DNA from: Blasia pusilla
Lineage: Eukaryota
Reading direction: 5' to 3'
Assembly (NCBI GenBank): GCA_050084515.1
Contig: CM114271.1
Coordinates: forward strand, 9,238,001 to 9,302,000
DNA length: 64,000 nt
A program made the translations under genes and the position numbers. Below, one piece after another: positions 13,162 to 27,356 of this stretch (positions are counted from its first letter, which is position 1; every line of letters begins with the position of its first letter). Under the pieces are notes generated by a model. It was not told the DNA's origin. It searched no databases and saw nothing but the letters and a program-made list of their open reading frames with translations.

Positions 13162-14533
13162 ATAAGATCGAGGCCACTCGACAGACTTGTCGTTGACATT
13201 TTGAAGACATAGGCCTTGGATCCTTTGCCTCGCTGGCCCATGAACTGCCATCTCTGAATGAATGGAAATCTAGAGTTGGACTTGATTCTAGCAATGGCAT
13301 CCATTTCGGGCGTCTTTTTATCCAGTACCCGCATTTGACACAACAAATTCCTGAAGCATTCAGGATCAGCAAGAAATGCGAGATTTTCCCAGAGTTGTTT
13401 CTCCTTGGCAGCCATGATCTCGCCCTATCCAAGGATTCCAAGGAGTTGTTCACAAATTTTTGATGCTATTGTTAACTTGATCACTCTGGGCTTTGAACTC
13501 GGAGAGTTTCTGTAGACCTCGGCCACTTTCTTTGCCACATCCTCCTTGACGTGTTTTTGAATTGCATCAGTCACAGGATGAGTGTGGGAGCCAGCCTTGT
13601 GTACTCTGACGTGGAACCCAACGCAAAAAGGGGATGCCTGACAATGAGGACATCGATGGCCTCCCGGCGGTATGGTGGCACCGATCTATGGAGTTTCTGC
13701 ATTCTTGGGGGGATTGACGTATTGACCCGCCCGTTGCACTCTAGATACGGGCATGCTAGACTTCTATACTCCAAGGCTCCAACGCATTGGCGGCGGGAGA
13801 CAATCCAAGGACCATGTGGAATTGAAGCACTAGTCCATTGAAGCATGCACCATCGATGACAATCAGACTTTCTGTCCATACCCTTCGAGCGTCCTCCATC
13901 TTTCTTTTGAGCAGGAGTAGCAAGTGGAGGCAACTCAAAAATGCAATTATCATCGTACGTGGGCGGCAACTCGTTGACAAGAATGTGCTTGAACATTTTC
14001 AAGGCCAGAGACGATAGCAAACTATTTCCTGATACTCGCAAGAGGAACGAGTAGGCGGATAGAGGGCCCGATTGGTGTCCGACATATCCACTGAGGTTGA
14101 CGACATCCGGAATGTCTTCAGGAAGTACAACATTGTTACGAGCGTGTAAAGTTGGAGTCGATTCCGGATCTACTGAGCTAGGAGTTGCAAACGTAGAGCT
14201 CGGTGCACTAGGAAATTCTCGACCGTCTACTTGGGAAAATGAGGAATTCAGAGGCAAGCCGTAAACTCTGTATAGACCATTTGCTAGAGATAGGAGATTT
14301 CATACTTTACGGTATGCAATCACTGGCTGGATTGTCTCACCTACTATGTCCTCCGTACCATCCACCCTAACATCCTTGGACACAAAGATGGTTCCAATTT
14401 GGAGAAGAAATCGAAATAAGAGAAAATTTTCATCCACTGGTATGAAAGACTCACGAGCTTGGGGTCGAACGATTTCTGATTGAGGAAGGGCCGCTAGATG
14501 ACTACCACAAGTGAGCTTCACATAATTATCCAT
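13162..14533 (-). pseudogene. MULE-like transposase, 5' portion, cut by another copy's right end
   Basis: MDNYVKLTCGSH..., QCVGALEYRSLACPYLE, WENLAFLADPECFRNLL; homologous to 40299-42883 and 56180-58202. Confidence 0.8.
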
Positions 14534-14699
14534 TCCATGAAGATTCCACGGGGAGAAGACTGAGAATAAGAATAAGGATAAGAATGGGAATGGGTATGAG
14601 AATGAGAATGAGAATGTTTAATTTATAGAGAATAGGGACTCACATTCTCCTGACAGAATTTGACTGACAAGATGAAGTTTGGTAGGTGAGATTTTTTGA

Positions 14700-15540
14700 C
14701 AAGATGGATTTAATTCTATTGCAACCTGTCGGAGTCCGATAGGTTGCACAATTTGGGAATCAGAGATGTGGGTAGCACCGAGTTCCATTTTTTGTTTCCG
14801 TGTCCCAATGCAAGTTGGAACCCGTCGGAGTCCATTGGGTTGGGTTCCTTCTTGTCGACCAATGGTCTTTTGAGTTGATTTTGCTAGCATCAAACACGAG
14901 ACATCGTTTGCATTTGCTAAGGCAATCAATCCTTGGGGACTATTACGGGATTGTCCAACTCAAGGTAGACCTTGTGACCTTATGGATTGCAAGGGGTTGC
15001 TTCGGAACTATGCATTGTCGTATTGTTATCCGAGGGATAGAAAAGCGTGCAATCCGTCGGCCTCCGACGGGTTGCGCAAGTGCCTTGCCTTGTAACGCTT
15101 ACATGAAGGAAGCGTGCAATCCGTCGGCTTTCGACAAGTTGCGCGGGTACCCCGCCTTGTTATCCCAAGATGAGGGAAGCGTGCAACCCGTCGGCCTCCG
15201 ACGGATTGCGCAAGTGCCTCGCCTTGTAACGCTTACATGAAGGAAGCGTGCAACCCGTCGACCTCCGACGAGTTTCGCGGATACGCCGCCTTCTTATCCC
15301 AAGACTAGGGAAGCGTGCAACCCCTTGGTCTCTGACGGGTTGCGCGGGTACCTCACGTTCTTGCTCGAAGACGGCGGAGGCGCGCAACCTGTCGGTTTCC
15401 GACGGGTTGCCAGGATAGCTCGGCTTTTGAACCCGAGGAGGACGGATGCTTGCAACCCGCGGGAAGTGTGCAACCTGTCGGAGCCGTTGGGTTGGTGGTT
15501 TTCACGTCCAGACTTCCATAACGGCCGACACGTCGCCGAC
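14700..15540. repeat. Palindrome array in the element's intergenic region
   Basis: Repeated GCAACCCGTCGG.N.CCGACGGGTTGC variants at roughly 65-70 bp spacing. Confidence 0.9.
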
Positions 15541-17694
15541 TGATGAAAATCAGTCTCGAGGCCACAGAGGCCCAAAAGAGGGCGGCACACCATCCTCTTG
15601 GTGTTTTTGATCCAGTGATCTTCCACTGGCTCCGTGAATGGTGATTCTGGGACGCGTTGCGACTTATCGGGAAATCCATGCTCGTAGGTCTCCAAGCGAA
15701 GTGAAAAAAATAGAGCATGTTTCGGAGGAAGCAAACATGGAGAGTGCTGAAGATTTCAAACTTTGGCTGGATGACATCTGGGACAAGCCCACGACCTAGG
15801 CTTCACGACGATGTTCAAGGATCTCGGGCAGACCTGGATGAAGAAATAGAGAAGAAGAAAAGGGATCTCGCAAAGAAGAAGCAAGATTTTCAGGAGCAGG
15901 CGGCCGATGCATCTTGACAAAGAGCTGCCCAACAGATGGTGTTTAGGCATCTCATCCATTGAAAGAATGCAGATACCTGGCAAAAAATATCGGCAGCCTG
16001 CAAATTGTGGGCTTCTTCGCCTGATGGAGAGGCATTTCTATGTACGACATGGAGATGGCTCAAAGCATGTCCGATTGGGAGGTGGAGAATTGCCCGATCT
16101 GGCTAGACTTCAACGACCCCGAGGAAATCACCGAAAACAATCTTCGATGGGTGTTGCTCTAAGCCAGCAACCTGTCGGTTTTCGACGGGTTGCTCATGGC
16201 AAAAAAAATCACTAACACTTGTAAAACAACCCGTCGGACTCCGACAGGTTGCTCCAATATTAGGACTACAACCAAGTTCTCTGGGGTTAAGCGAAGTTCT
16301 TTTGGGACGTATTGCACATAGTGTCACCATACTGAGAGTAGACCAGTGGTCAAGTAGCTCTTTCTTGTTGCTGACATTGTTTCCAACCTGCTTCTTTACA
16401 GATGGACCACTCCTATGTTTACTGCTTTGTTCGGCCTGAGCACAACTTCAAAGTGTTTAAGATCCTCGATCCAGTGGATCCATGCTCCGATGGGTACAAC
16501 TTAGATAGTTTATACAATCCCCCCCCCCCCTCCCGGAATTTACATGCAAGACGGTACCCCCTTACATGGAGGAAGGCAAAAGTCGTTAGCCCTGATGCAA
16601 ACTCTCATCGAGCTCTGCTCAAGGCCGTATGACTTGGTGTTCGACTTAGTGGGCCTTTCATGGGCAAGTATTAGAGATGCCTCGTAGAGTGGCAGGAACA
16701 TTCTCTGCCTTGAGGGAAGGCTGGACCTATTTGACCTTTGCAAAGAGGCAAAGGCAGATTACGACAGGCTAGTTGGGGCGTACAACTCTCCTCCGAAGCC
16801 GAGAGCTCTGGTTCCAGACCCACCATTGGTAGTGACACCATCGTCACTTCCCACGATTCCGAAAATCGGAAGGGCAAGGCCGACAGTAATTTTGGAAGAG
16901 CTCTCGGACGATGACGAGTGAGTTCAAAGAACTCAAGGACCCAGCTTGACTGCAGAGTTTTGGAGTAGGGATTTATTTGATGACGAGGCAGAATAATTCA
17001 TAAAATATATCAAATGTACAATTCCAAGCTTCCTTCGGATGTAATAAAGGACAAGATTTTTTTGAACAATTGTGATGTTTGTAAAAGTTTGCTGAATATC
17101 TTTTTTGGTCTTGTCGAATGTGATAGTCTATATACTCCGACAGTTTATTTTGCATCACGTTGGATTCCCACGGGTAGCAATTTTTCACTTTTTGACCAAT
17201 GCACCTCTTTAATCACTTCCAGGCAACGTGTCAGATTCCGACAGGTTGGCTGCGTGAGTGATCGAACTCTTTCCCTGTTAGTCCAACTTTACAAGCATTC
17301 TGGCGGGCTTCTTCACTTTGGCTCCTTTCCCTAGTATCGTCAAACAAGTCATAGACTTCTTCTCTTCTCTAAGACGTGTTGGATTCCTACTACTTGTCGG
17401 ATTGCCATGATGGTGTTTCCAAGGACGGAGCACATATTGATACTGGATGAGTGTCACCTTGCAAAGCGAACAAGATATACTGTCGAGGAAGGCGGTGGGA
17501 CTCAAATCAAGTTACATGGGACCGTTATGGCGTATCTAGGGGGGACAAGGCTCTCGGTTCGCCCAACATTTTTTATCCCCGTCTACAATTGGCCAGAGGA
17601 GCCACTTGTATCCCATGACATTCCTTTTGTACAGGAACCTAGGAGAGTTAGGAGTAAATTTGTAAATGACGATGGTGAAGAAATCATAGACTAG
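15540..17694 (+). pseudogene. Internally deleted ParB-MTase gene fragments
   Basis: Pieces match 46491-47100, then the MDHSYVYCFVRPEHNF exon (16402) and the terminal RSKFVNDDGEEIID* exon. Confidence 0.7.
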
Positions 17695-20600
17695 ATCAAA
17701 TGTACATTTCCGAGCATCTTTCGGATATAATAAAGGACAAGATTTTTTCAAACGATAATAGTGTTTGTAAAATTTTGCTGAATTTTTTTTTTGGACTTGT
17801 CGATTGTGTTCGTCTACCTACTCATAATATTTCTTTTGCAACCCGTTTGATTCCGACGAACTGCAACTTTTCACTTTTTGACCACTGCAACTTTTACAGG
17901 CAAGCTGTCGGATTTTGACAAGTTGGTTGCTTCACTGATCGGACTCTTTCCATGTGAGACCAACTTCCAAGGCATTGTCGCGGGCTTCTTCACTTTTGGC
18001 TCGTTCCCCTAGTACCGTCAAACCAGTCGTAGGCTTCTTTTCTTCTCTAAGACGTGCTGGATTCCTTCTACCTGTCGGATTGCCATTTCGAATTCCCAAC
18101 CTGTTGGATTTTCGTGGATGCAAAGTGGAATGGAATCACTTCTTCAAATTTTTCCTTTGTTATGGTGAGCTTGCTTGCAAGAGTTGCAACCTGTAGAATT
18201 CGGACGGGTTGGGAGGGATGCAACTTCTCGGTATATCAGATTTAGGATATGAATGAAGGGACATCAATTCCTCTTTACTCCAGACGGCTAACAATCTTTT
18301 CGTTCAATTATCATCTGCTGTGTTCACATTTCACAAAGTTGGTTTTTAATTGAACCTTTCATTGAGATGAGATTGCTACTTCTGATCAAATTATTTGTCA
18401 ATGGTCCTCCAACAAAGATACCCATGGGCATAGCTTACTGATGATTAAGAGAGGCAATGTGAAGAAACTTAGGCTCACATGACTAATGATGTAATGATCT
18501 TATAATGTCTATTTGTTTTTCACCCCCGGAAAAAAAAAGATTTCTTTAGACCCGAATGTGGACCATTACCTCCTTTGAAAGATATCATGAATTTGAAAGC
18601 AAACATAAATTTCAAATATGTCAAAAAATTTTGAAGAGAGGAGGCGGATTTAACTTCTTTTTTTTTAAGAGACTTTTCTCTCTTCCTCTCTTGCCAGAAT
18701 ACCAATGGATACAACAATTAAAATTGTATGCCTTCTCTCCATCCATTTTAAAGCTTGCACTACCTCATACACTCAATCTCTTTGGATCTTCCATCTTGCA
18801 ACTGTATGCATCTATGTTGTTGGTGATGTTTTGAGAGAATAAGGATAGAAATAACTTCTCCAATTATACAAGAGGAGAGACTAGTCCAATATCCCAACAT
18901 CTCAACATAATGGGGGGCTCAAGCCTCCTCATCCGAAGTACATTTGTATGGATTATACCGTATGAAGTCATGGAAGCACATTTAGAGCACACAAGTGCAC
19001 AAGTAGTAACTTTGCAACGAATTGTGTTAGAAGTCACACAGAAGATTACCACAGGCTTAAGGAGGATTAATAAGGAGATGACATCTAGTAGTAGGTCATT
19101 GGCAAGGGAATCACAATCCAGCCGAGGTTGTGTATACTAGCGAAACCAAACTAGTAAAAGTAATCACATTGCTTACAATGAAGCGAAAGTAAATAGCAAT
19201 GCGTACACATGCGGCATTTGTCATTTCTTTAATAGCATATCGTCAATTACCTATAAATTGTCTTCATAGAGGTTAGGGTATAGTCTTAAGGAATGGGAAG
19301 AAATTTGACTCCGTATCTTACCCCTCATTCAAAAAAATTAAATACATACCAAAAAAAATTTTAAATATCTTTTTCATAGAATTGACTTTCCATTCTAGAA
19401 ATAGGACCCTAAAGCACATCACTGACCGTAAGGATTGGGTAGATGACCTACACGTGCATCTCACCACGACAAGATTTTAGGAAAAGAGGGTACTAGAGGA
19501 TTTTAGGAAAAGAAGTTTTCAAGCTCACTTTCATTTAAGGAAAGTGAGCTTGAAAACTTCTTCCTTGTTGAAGCATGAGACAACATATCTATGATCTTCT
19601 TCATTGTGGATAACTCAAGTTTCTCGTTCAGAAGGAAGGAGACATGAAAATTTCAATCATCAAATTATTTGCATATCCTATGTGAATATAACAATATCCT
19701 ATGTTCCTTGTATTTCTACGAAAAGGGATGATGACATTGATTTATATTACACAACTAAGTCTATGCACACAATGAAGTAGAGCAAATGACTCATCAACAA
19801 TTAACTACCTTCCTCATCCCCTCTACTTCAAAACGAAAAGGTAATCCCAGATTTGGTTGTAGGTCTCACTGGAGGAAACCCAGTGGGAATGGCTGTTATG
19901 TACAGATGAACCTGTGCATTTGAAACACAACCCTACTAATTACAAGTAACTTCTCATGCTCCAAAACTACAATCCCTCCATATATAATGAGTAATCCACA
20001 TCAAAGTTCGTCATTTATATTACCTAAGGATATTGAGGAAACTTGTCACAAAACTCAGGTTCTTTCCTGCATTTTGAGCTCTTGAAAATTTTCATAAGCC
20101 CGTAGATGGAAATCAGGGAAGAATTGGAAGGCCCTGCTTAGTCTCGGAATACTTAAACCTCAACTGAGGATATAGATATAACAAACAATTGCGTCCAGAC
20201 TATCAATCACCTTAACTTGAGGCCCCTAACAATGTACCTAAGGATTTCCAGTCTTATTGACAAAATCGAAGAAAATGTAATTGCCACCTCATAATGTCAT
20301 TGATGACAAGTCCCTTGCGTACCTAAAGTAAACTTCGCAGAGAGATATCTGTACTAGTACAACCGAGTGAAACTTTCGTCCACTTCTGCACAAACTGTGG
20401 TTAAAAGCCACATCGGCACAAGGCTACATTTTCTAGCCCTGACACAATGGAAGTAACACTTTTGGGAAGAAATCGAGGTCATCACAAAGTACAATTGATG
20501 GGTACTGTGTCTTGGTATGGTACAAATGCACATGAAAACGATTCCAAAACTTACAGTTGGTCTTCCAATATGTCCAGATCATGAAGATGCTAGCTTGATG

Positions 20601-20890
20601 AATTTCTACATTATCCTTGTTTAATTATCCCCATGCCTGTGAAAGCAGTACAAGGACTTCTTCAGCTAACCTGATCCAAACTCATAACTTAAGGATAACC
20701 AGAATCAATGAAGAAAACATATTACCTTGTAAACAGATGGATTGGAAGAGCATGTAATGATATTTCAGTACTTCGAACTGAGAAATTATTGAATGAAAGG
20801 CAAAAGAAAGAAGAATGGAGAGTCCAGGGATGTCAGCAGCAGTGAAACATCAGACAAACTTTAACTCCAAGTAAATTAGGAGTCTTGAAA

Positions 20891-21108
20891 TCAGAAGGTT
20901 TGAATGAAACAAGCAGCATGACAATTTCTGAGGACCTTCCAAGTGAGGACCCAAAAGCATACCATCGTATATTTGTCCGCCAGATCATAAACAGCCAAAT
21001 CCTTCCATGCAGAGCCGAACAAATTTTCACCACCAATAGCAAATGAAAGACACCATCCAAACAGTACTGTTGTCAAAGTGAGGCATCCTACTCCAGACCA
21101 TACAATAT
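20891..21108 (-). CDS. PEN2: Gamma-secretase subunit PEN-2, exon 2 (3' boundary uncertain; possible donor ATG|GTATGC near 20962)
   Basis: Acceptor TGCTGCAG|AT at 21109/21108. The join with exon 1 gives SDPLIRP-Y-IVWSGVGCLTLTTVLFGWCLSFAIGGENLFGSAWKDLAVYDLADK, matching the plant PEN-2 C-terminal half. Confidence 0.85.
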
Positions 21109-21499
21109 CTGCAGCACATTGTGGAAGGATTCGCACAAGTTATAAATCACATGCATATCTAGGAGTCCCGAAAGAAATCTACTTAAGTTTTAGTGTTTGA
21201 CGAGGTAGTTTCTTCATGCTTGATGTATACAGATGAAAATCATCTTGAAAAGCCACGGAATATGTACAGACTGTACTCATTAAGTAGTGCCTGTCGGAGC
21301 CTTGCCACCATAGACCCCGCGCCCTGGTTGAACAGTGCTTGAGACTGGGATGGGTGTAGAGAGGAAGAAGTGAAGAATGTACCATATGAGAGGAGGGAGA
21401 CACTCTCATATAGTGTTAGTGCTGACCAAACAACATGTTGGTGCGGAGCTTCCAAGAGTCAACCAAACTCTTCACCACACCATCTTCTTTACCTGACTG

Positions 21500-24200
21500 G
21501 GATCCACAATAAACATTACTTACCAGTGCAGCAGCTTTGAGCAACAACGAATCTAGCCTACTGAATGTGTTGAACGATTCTAGTGTTACAAGCTTTCACT
21601 CTTGATCTGTGTGCTATGCATTTTGTGCAGGAGACCAAGTAGTGACTAGAGGTTTCATCCCCATTGTCACACAAGGTGAAAGAGTGAAGTGTTCCAATCC
21701 TGCTATTCTTGTACTTCAAGGGGATTTCCCGGTCCTAAACTTGAACTTAAGCCGAGCTGCTAGCCATTCACCAGAACTCTACTCATAGTGTTCTGGTAGA
21801 TCTTCCACCATCCTCCACATCTTTCCTCTCAGCCCCACCTTCCACCAGCTATAAGATAGCCCATCATGCCATACAGTGTTGTATGCCTTCTTGAGGTCCA
21901 GAAGAAGCAGTAAGTGGGTTTCCCCTCTTTTTTCCTACCCTGGATAATCTGACTGAAGGTGAAGTTGTGGTCCACGCATCCTCAGGCTTGCCAGAAGCCA
22001 GCCTGGCCTTCCTTGATGACAGAATTCTCCTCCAGGTACACAGAGACCCTATTATTGAGTATACGGCAGAGTCCGGACTACACTCAGCAGTGTAATACCC
22101 CTGTAGTTTGTAGGGTCTTCTCGCTCACCCTTCTTGAAGAGGTTCACGATGACTTCCACCCCCCACATTTGTGGAATGACTTCTGCCCGCCAGACCAGGT
22201 TGAAGAGACTCACTAGAGAAAGAGCCATAGCAGCATCTCCATACTTCAATAGCTCATTCACAAGCTCATCACCACCACCTGCTTTGTGGTTCACAAGTTC
22301 TTTCATCGCTGCTCCCACCTCAGCCAGGGAGAACCAATCGTTATATGGGTTGCCCAGCTCAACCTCATCATCTACCTTCTCCCAATGTATCTTAACAAAA
22401 TCCTCCACCACTCTCTCGAAATTCTGCTCTTCAAGGGATGTTCGAGGGGCCTTCCTGCCTAACTCCTTGTAATGGTCTTCCAACACATGTCGTATCTGTT
22501 TAGCAGTGGTCACCATTCCACCGTCTTTTCTCTTCAGAGCCTTTACGTCATTTTTGTCCCTGGCCTTGCTCAATTTCTGCACTCCCATCCAGAACTTTTT
22601 CTGATTCTCAGTGAAATTCTCATTGATGAATGAGTATGTCGCTTGGTTCAATTTCTTCTTGTGCATGCACGCGAGAAGACGGGTTTCCTTGTGCAGGGCC
22701 ACACATTCTGCCCACAGGATGATATCGTCCTTAGCCTTGGCACATGCTACATACACTTCCCTCTGCTTGGCAATGGTTGCCTTGAGTTCCAAGAACCACC
22801 ATTTGAAGGCTCTGCCGCATATTATCAATTTCCTGCCGACAGCAATCTCGGCAGCATCTGTCACTCCATGCTCCCACCATGCTAGCACCATGTCTACAGT
22901 TGTTCTTGTGAACCCAAAGGTCTGAACGGTAGATTCAATGAAAGTGTCAAATGCCAAGAGATTTTCTTCCAGCTTGCCAACATACACCTTCTTGTTCCCC
23001 TCATTTTGGAAGTCCTCTTTCGTCCATTTCCATTGCTGCAACTCTGTCCAGACCAGCGAATGATCTGATCTTCCAATGTCTGTCTCATCCATCGTGATCT
23101 TCCCACTGCGTGCGTAGAGTTCCTCATCCACAGCTATGTTCCCCTGGTCCAAGCCGGGGAACCCGCCTTGTGCCTATCATTCAGTGCCATCAGTTGAAAT
23201 TCCCTCAACATCGTGATCAGCCGTGTGCCATTGCCATTCACTCTCACATCTCCAAACATCCCCATCTCCGCTTGGGGATCAGTGCCTTGCCCCACTCAGC
23301 TGTTGAAGTCTCCCAGCACGACTACTTTCCTGTTTGTCTGGAACCCAAGGCAATCAGTTTTCACACTATCAAACGCTACCTCTGTTACAGCAGCAGATTC
23401 ACTGTTTGTGGGCATGTGAATACACCCCATATACATATCCCTTGAGTTGCACTCTGCTCGGACTTTGACCAATATCCTATTTTCATGCTCTAGCCCTGTG
23501 CTGATGATCTCACACCTATCCACCATGAAGTCTCTGATGAAGAAGCCGACACCCTTCATACCTCTGTTGTTGTCCGCTTGGGTGCTGTACATCTTTTCAA
23601 ACCATGCATAGTGTGGTACCAGTGGTATCTCTATTAATTTGGTTTCCCAAGATTCCTGACCACGCCTATATGTATTTGATTTTTCAGCAAAACTTCAGCA
23701 ACCTCAAGCTGCTTAATTGGGTAGGTCAATCCACAAAAGATCCAGGTACCCAAACGGAGACCTGTCACTACGTGGGTTGGGGGTTGCCGTGCATGCTTTT
23801 GGCGTAGGTGTGGCTGCTTGCAACATGGAACCTCTTCACGTGCAGGCTCTTCATCTCTGGTCCCTTGGAGAGCACTAAAGATATTAGGTGTGTAGATCAC
23901 CAACCGTTTTGTGGAGATGGGCCTTTCCTTCAAGCTGGAACCACCCTAAACAACCATAGCCCTCCAGATGTAGGCCCATCTCAGCTTTTGAGACACCTGG
24001 TTTTTGTGGCAAGCCAAATATTGGCCTCCTTTGCCCTTGATAGTCACCTTGAAGATACATTGACGGCCATTCATCATCCAAGTAACCCCAGCTGTAGCCA
24101 GGAAATCAAAGCCCAAAGCCCGCTGCGCACATTAACTTAAATGGGACGAAGTCTACTGTGGGACGTAGACCGAAAATGATCATGTAGAACCGTGGTCTCC
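21500..24200 (-). mobile_element. Decayed LINE (APE endonuclease and RT) inside the PEN2 intron
   Basis: Endonuclease GVGFFIR...VVVLGDFN (23296-23592) and SDH motif. RT-adjacent KAGGGDELVNELLKY...LFKKGEREDPTNYRGITLLSVV (22052-23152), then LDLKKAYNTVWH near 21900. Boundaries approximate. Confidence 0.88.
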
Positions 24201-27094
24201 TCCTATAGACCAGTTTGAACTCTCTGTCCAGATCCAGACTGCCGGGGGGCTTTGATTCTCACATAAACATGCCGGTATTCCCCACCCAGCTTGAGGATGC
24301 TCAACTTTGGTATGCGCCTTTGATAGGTGAACTGATACTCCTCACAAGCTTGGGAGGACAGAGATATGTTGGGCTCAAGGCCGCTGATTATATGCAGAGA
24401 TTTGGCAAACAACTGATCTAGGATCCGGGGAGAATGTTAAGCTCCCAGCCCGAGAGTCGTGACAGGGACTCACTGTCCTATTTGTGCAGAGGGGCTGCTC
24501 CAAGCGGCAGGGTGCCCGACGAGAGCCCGCTTGTTACCCCCCAGAGATCACCACTACCTGCCAAGGAGAACAGCCCTGGCATTAAGCTGCAGAGGAGGAC
24601 CCGTGAATCCAGCTTCAAAAGAATGAGAGGTCTCCATTTCTCCAACTAAGTCCACTGGACACCCTACTTGTGGCACAACTGCCACAAGTCACATGGATTA
24701 CAGGACACAATAATCCACACGTACCAACCAGGGGAACGACATCGCAAGCTCACAACAGGTTCCAACTACAGCACTGGGCAACTCGAGGTGTGCTATATTG
24801 CTTGCAAGAGGTTCACTCATTATAAGCTACCCAGGAGCAATGCTTTAGAACATGTCGTCCCAACATACCAGGCCTGTCAGGACTTATAGTTTTGGGGTTT
24901 AAACCCAACCAGGACCAACAACTTGAAGCTGAAACAAATTGTTGGAGTATTGTAGTGCATCTACATACACTTAAGACATTAACAAAACATCTATAGATGC
25001 AGCCAGTGGAGTGAGCTCTAAAATCCTAAATTTTCTATTATTATAAATGTCTCATGATTTCAAGAACAAACATGGGAAAGTGCGAACTTCACATCAATGC
25101 ACGCTTCCTCAAGTCACCTTAAAATGCCATCCACATATCAGATTCTGCACCTGGTCTATGTTTTACATACATTCTTCCCCAGGTTACAGGTATTAAGATA
25201 CCCTATTATTGATAGCTACAATGGCCAACCCCCAACTAACCACTCTCTTTCCCTTCCAAGCCACAAGTGTATAAGCCCACCTTGTTGCTCTGTTCAGTTA
25301 GTGCCATCTGCTCCATTGTGAAGCACTCACTTTCTACCAGGATCCTGCTGCAGTAAGGTACAGAATGCCCCCAAGTGTTCAGCTCTTTTTTTATTATTTG
25401 TCTCAGGTGTATAAGCTTGTCATAGTTTGGTGTTACAACTCTCTTTGGTCCCAAGATCAGCTTAAGTGTTCCTATGTGTATTTCTCTCTGCTGGGAGGTT
25501 GTGAGGTGAAACTGTGTAGGGAGTTGGCCTAGACGTGGCCATAAGAGTCCTACTGTTTCTTGCAAGTTAGCACTGCTAGGTATAGTGCATGCTGCACTTT
25601 CTGTATCTCAACTATGTTTTTAGTCCCTCTACTCTCTAGATTCTTATTAAGGAAGAAGTGAAGAAAATGCCTTACAAGAGGAGGAAGAATCTCCCATTTA
25701 GTATGAGTGCTTATGAGTTCCAGGTATCAGCCAAGAACCTCTTTATAACACCTTCTATCTAACATCGTTGAGATCTCCAAAACACATTACCTCCAAGTGC
25801 AGCAGCTTTGGGCACCGAATCTAAGCTGTTGAATTTCATGAATAGCTTAAGTAGTACCAGTTTAGCAATTTCCATCCATGCCTTTGAATCCCGGATCAGG
25901 CTACTTATCTGTTATGCCAGCTTGTTCAGCATACGTTGGAAAAACGAGTTACCTAGAATCCCCCATATCCCCCATGAAATAAGGCATATATCCCCATATG
26001 ATTTCTATGAACGTTGATCAGTAACTCTGCAATGGAACACTCGGTGAGTCACCACTGTCAGTATTAGATCCTGGCAGCAGTGTCGTGAAGAAACTGAAAG
26101 GTAATACGAACATCTTCATTTCTGAAAATTCTCTTGTGCTAACCAGGAAACTCCATTATCGAAGACCAAGGAAGCTTATGTAAAATGGTCGGGAAAAAAA
26201 GGGGCACTTAGAGAAGAACCACACTTGCAAGAGAGTGCAATCTGCATCCATTCCTGTGAGCTACAAATTCATCGAATCCACATATCTCCTTCGACAGGTA
26301 ATAAACGGAATTCCACTTCAGATGAAATACCCACAGAGATAGAATAGGAACAAGTTGAGGTTGAATCATACTCAAACACGAAGAAGATTCCCTTCACTCT
26401 ATGAATGTTAACTAAAGGTTGCCAATCATTAAAAAATGACCTACTTAAGGTTCCCAATCATTAACCCACCATGCGCGATGCTTATTACCGCTACCAAAGC
26501 TGAGATCCAACCTATAGAGTATCCACTACATCACAATAACTAGGTTCAGATGAAGTTGGATCGCTTACGTAGGCGACGAAACTATGAATAGTAATTTTGG
26601 TAGACCAATCATACAAAACGACGTTCGGGTGTATCTTTGCTGTCACGAAGAATTCCCTTCCAAACTCCTCTACCAGCAATAATACAGTCGTGCTCCAGCT
26701 TTGTGAAATCATGAATCGCACCAGAATAGATATGCGCACCAGAAGAATGCCCGCAAGCGAGCAAATCTAATAGGAAACTAGTTCTACTCAATCCAAATTG
26801 CGACTCAATGCTTATATACGAGGCCAAAATGTCGTGTTAGAGCCAAAAGCTTCACATCATGACTTGTGGATAACCAATTACAATACGAATTCACTTTAGG
26901 AACCAGCAGCCGTAAAAGCGAAAAATTATAGACAAACCTCAAATGTACTCACAGTTCCTATAGGTCCGCAGATCATCGAAATAAATTGTTCTGTCCTGGC
27001 TCTCTGACTTTCATGGTCAGTCAAATCAATTTCTCATATGTTCAGAAACAGCGAGACGTGAGGAAAGAGGTGAAAGTTCAGACGGATCACTTAC

Positions 27095-27356
27095 AAGGAC
27101 GTATGAGAGGATCCGACTGCCGCGATCGCAATACGGGCCAGAAGTAGAAACAATTGACTAACCAGAGCCAGGGTAGTATCAAGAATCCTCCATAGAAAAA
27201 GTTGCGAGCCAGTTTCAAAGCCTCCTCTTGTTGTACTCCAAGTGATCCATCCACCGTCTCCCACTGCAACGCTCCTCCTCCACCTGCTACATTAGTCCCC
27301 ACTGGTGCGACCCCGCTGCCCTGCCATGCCTCTCCACGTTCAACTTGGGCATCCAT
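27095..27356 (-). CDS. PEN2: Gamma-secretase subunit PEN-2, exon 1
   Basis: ATG at 27356. WETVDGSLGV...ARNFFYGGFLILPWLWLVNCFYFWPVL is the plant PEN-2 signature. Donor T|GTAAGT at 27095/27094. Confidence 0.92.

Larger units (their letters stand above)
10366..18704. mobile_element. Block 1 of nested, deleted copies of the MULE-like ParB-MTase element
   Basis: MTase exons (10850-11338, 16402-16917), terminal exons (11920-12151, ~17465-17694), right ends (~13160, ~18704), transposase 5' part on minus (13162-14533), palindrome arrays. All are homologous to 39786-64000. Confidence 0.85.
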
